Below, in pieces: positions 61,401 to 64,000 of a stretch of 64,000 bases of DNA. The translations under genes were made by a program, and so were the position numbers. The number at the start of each line of letters is the position of its first letter. The stretch's first letter is position 1. The notes under the pieces are model-generated. The model did not search any database, was not told where the DNA came from, and was given only the letters and a program-made list of their open reading frames with translations. This DNA is from Entomortierella parvispora E1425 (lineage: Eukaryota; Fungi; Mortierellomycota), in assembly GCA_020891255.1 (NCBI GenBank), contig BQFW01000003.1, positions 1 to 64,000 on the forward strand, in the 5' to 3' direction.

Positions 61401-63878
61401 TCAATATGACCCCTCCTTGCCATCTGCTGTGAGGCTAGATCTCCCACCGTCCATAGAGATGAGAAGACCAGAGGTGTTGGATTCTGTCAGTCCCTCCCCC
61501 TCATCGCTTGGCGCGCTATCCACTTTTATCGTCAGTCCAGAGTCAGTTTCATGATCTGCCGGTGTTGCTGGTGATGAGGATGCGGCTGAAGCTGGCGTCG
61601 CGAAAAGAGAATCACTCGAAAGGCCTGGAGTGGCATCGCTCCGCACAACAGCCGCAGCGCTGCCGTTCATCATAGCGGTCTCTGAGGCCAGTTCTTGACG
61701 AATTGCATCCAATGAAATGTAATCTCTTGCAGTGTTGCTCGATCTAGAGTCAGATGTGATCTATAACAGTCGAAAGAGGGAAAGAGCAGAGCACTATTTC
61801 AGCTATTGGGAGCAGATTATGATGAAGTTTGCTTTTTTTTTCCAACATACCTGAAATTCCAAAGATATTTTCTCTTTGGCCAGATCCAAAAGTCTGATGA
61901 GTCTCTTTCTATTGTCAAGCGATCCATAGTGAGTTTCAAGTAATCGCGGTGCACGGCAGGCGGCAATGGGAGAGTATTAAGCGAAACTTACCCAATGCCA
62001 TTGACTGCATCCACGTTGTCCTTTTCCCGCACCCACACCGCTAACCGATCGGCCTTTGTCCGTCGAGAGAGAACTAGTGTCAACACCAGGAACAAACTGT
62101 TAGTTAGCATGCATTCGTCATCAAGTTAGACCAACAATGAAGAGGGCAAGACGCTGAGCACTTACCAGCTCCACAGATATCGTCTCCAGCGTCCAATTGC
62201 TCGCCCACAAGGGCGTATGCCAGCTCCATCCAACAGCGATCAAGCAGTTCTGGGTTTTTGGTCAACAGAGTGAGTATCCAGCGACCGCCCTATTACCAAG
62301 TTGCGTTCAGTTAATCAAGCCATACACTTTCAACAAAACACGATTCGGACTGAATGCGGTACCTTTGAATTTGCCGGGTCCTCCCACATGGGCTTGATGC
62401 CATCCTTGAATAAGTGGTAGTTGGAGCTGTTCTCAATCTTGTGTGGCTTTATAATCCAGTTGAAGTATTCAGCAAAGCGCTTCACCTATAGGATGATACC
62501 AAATCACGGTTGTGTTGGGGAAACGCTGTCAGCTTGGACAATGATTGCTCTGTTTGGGCGCGAATTGATATGAGCGATACGTACAGTTGTAAAGGAGCCT
62601 ATTTCTCTCAGGCCGCTTTCAAAGTTGGATTGAGATGATCCCTGCCGGTTGTAAGCACTTGTAGTATCAAAATATAGTGTCCTGGAAAAGATTGAACATA
62701 TAAACATATAAGTTGTGGTCCTTAGCAGTAGACAACATTGATATATGGAAATGGTAAAAATAACATACCAAGGATGTTGGAGCGGAAGCTTGTCTGCGAT
62801 GGCGGCCGAAACTGACGATGATGCAGATGCATGGTCACCCTGACCTGAAGAGCTGGGTTCCTGTGGATTAAGTGAAGACCTGCGTGGTGAAGACCTGCTC
62901 AGAGTTGCCAGAGAGAAAGGAGCATGACTTGATTGTCCATTGCTGGAACCTCCCACTGAGGAACCGGTCGAGTCCATGTGTGCGCCATTGGAAAGAACGG
63001 GGGATCCCAGTCCAGAGGAAAAGGCGTTGTTGTGGCTCGCTGTTCGTCTCATATCTGTTCCCTGCGAAAGATGGCTGGACTGCGTCTTCCCTCCGAGTCC
63101 TGCATGGGCCAAAAAAATAAAATAAAATTATATCAGAAAATAGAAATCTGGTCAAAAAGTTGCCAATGACCTAAAACTTGTTCGCTGCTAGGCCCGATCC
63201 TTTCACCCCCTCATTCTCAGTACCTTTTCCCACCGGGCTGGGCTGCGGGCTACCTGTCAGACTGGCAGTCCGCTGCACCTTGATATGTGCCATGTGCGTC
63301 GAGCCCGGAGTTCCAAACGCACTGGGGGCTCGCCTCTCCTTGTCCCCCAAATGAAACGACGACGACGCTGAAAGCGCAGGTGAGAGCTGGACTGACGGGT
63401 GCTTTTCCTTGGAGGAGAATTTGGCAGCCAGGTCCTCCATCTTCATCGCGGACATGACTGGCGGAGTGGATACACCGTGGGACGGTGTCCCAGCGGAGAG
63501 GCCTCTGTTGGCCGAGGCGGTATACGAGCTGGTCCTCGCTGGTGAACCAAAGGCACGAACCTCGCTCTGCTCATGGCTGCTCGGTCCTTGCTCTGATGAC
63601 GAAGCTGGGGTATTTGTGGTTGGGGTCACCCCTCTTGCCGAGGGGCTTACCCATGCGCCGCCTGTGCTTGTCGACGTCGACGGCGAGGAGGAAGACGACG
63701 GCCGTGGATCACTGTCCTTGAACAAGCCCGATGCCGGGGGTGCAGGCGAGCTCCTGCCTGTACGGGAGGATGCACGCCAAGGGCCTGGCGCAGGTGAGGC
63801 AGCGCGTCCTTCTGAAGACGGGGTCCCTTGTCCATGAGGCAGGCCCACGGCATCAGCGGCCGAGGCACTTGCAGACAT
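61401..63878 (-). CDS. eIF4E-family cap-binding protein with a long S/P-rich N-terminal extension
   Basis: LPLQHPW|TLYF, YHLFKDGIKPMWEDPANSK|GGRW, RCWMEL..LVGEQ..DDICGA, DRLAVW. Confidence 0.9.
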
Positions 63879-64000
63879 GGCAGCGGAGGTTGGAGAAAGA
63901 GAACGCGGGGTTGGAGAATGGGAGCAGCGGCAGCAGGATGCGGGCGCTGACTAGAAAGATGTTTGCTTGGGGTAGAATGCAGCCCTCCGTAGCGAGAATG

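Noticed and set aside
19000-64000. Numerous short antisense or overlapping ORFs in the track, and poly-A/T runs
   Set aside because: They are shadows of real genes or low-complexity UTR/intron sequence; homopolymers are pervasive in this genome.

Overview
Eukaryotic, intron-rich genomic DNA of about 50% GC with many long poly-A/T runs. The gene content (canonical E2F, TEAD with a YAP-binding-like domain, many short GT-AG introns with CTAAC/CTGAC branch sites) points by inference to an early-diverging fungus, most likely Mortierellomycotina/Mucoromycota. Positions ~19-64 kb are a compact core-gene block: NUP155/170, VPS16, a TEA/TEAD factor, a 4-TM protein, an MFS transporter, an amidohydrolase, an RNF5-like RING ligase, E2F, ceramide synthase, PIG-M/GPI14, glycogen debranching enzyme, a 7-TM receptor-like protein and a non-canonical eIF4E. 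Positions ~1-18.5 kb are accessory and repeat-rich. They hold a LINE (APE+RT) broken by frameshifts, then a ~6 kb array of 12 homologous spliceosomal-intron modules on the + strand with shared flanks and variable spacers lacking a continuous ORF (the most unusual structure here). After that come minisatellites, an in-frame ~250-bp repeat, an orphan coiled-coil gene, an isolated tRNA 3' half, and two small secreted-protein genes, one of them a 57-aa six-cysteine peptide missing from the ORF track. All calls come from manual translation and motif recognition; no database searches were run, and exon boundaries are approximate.
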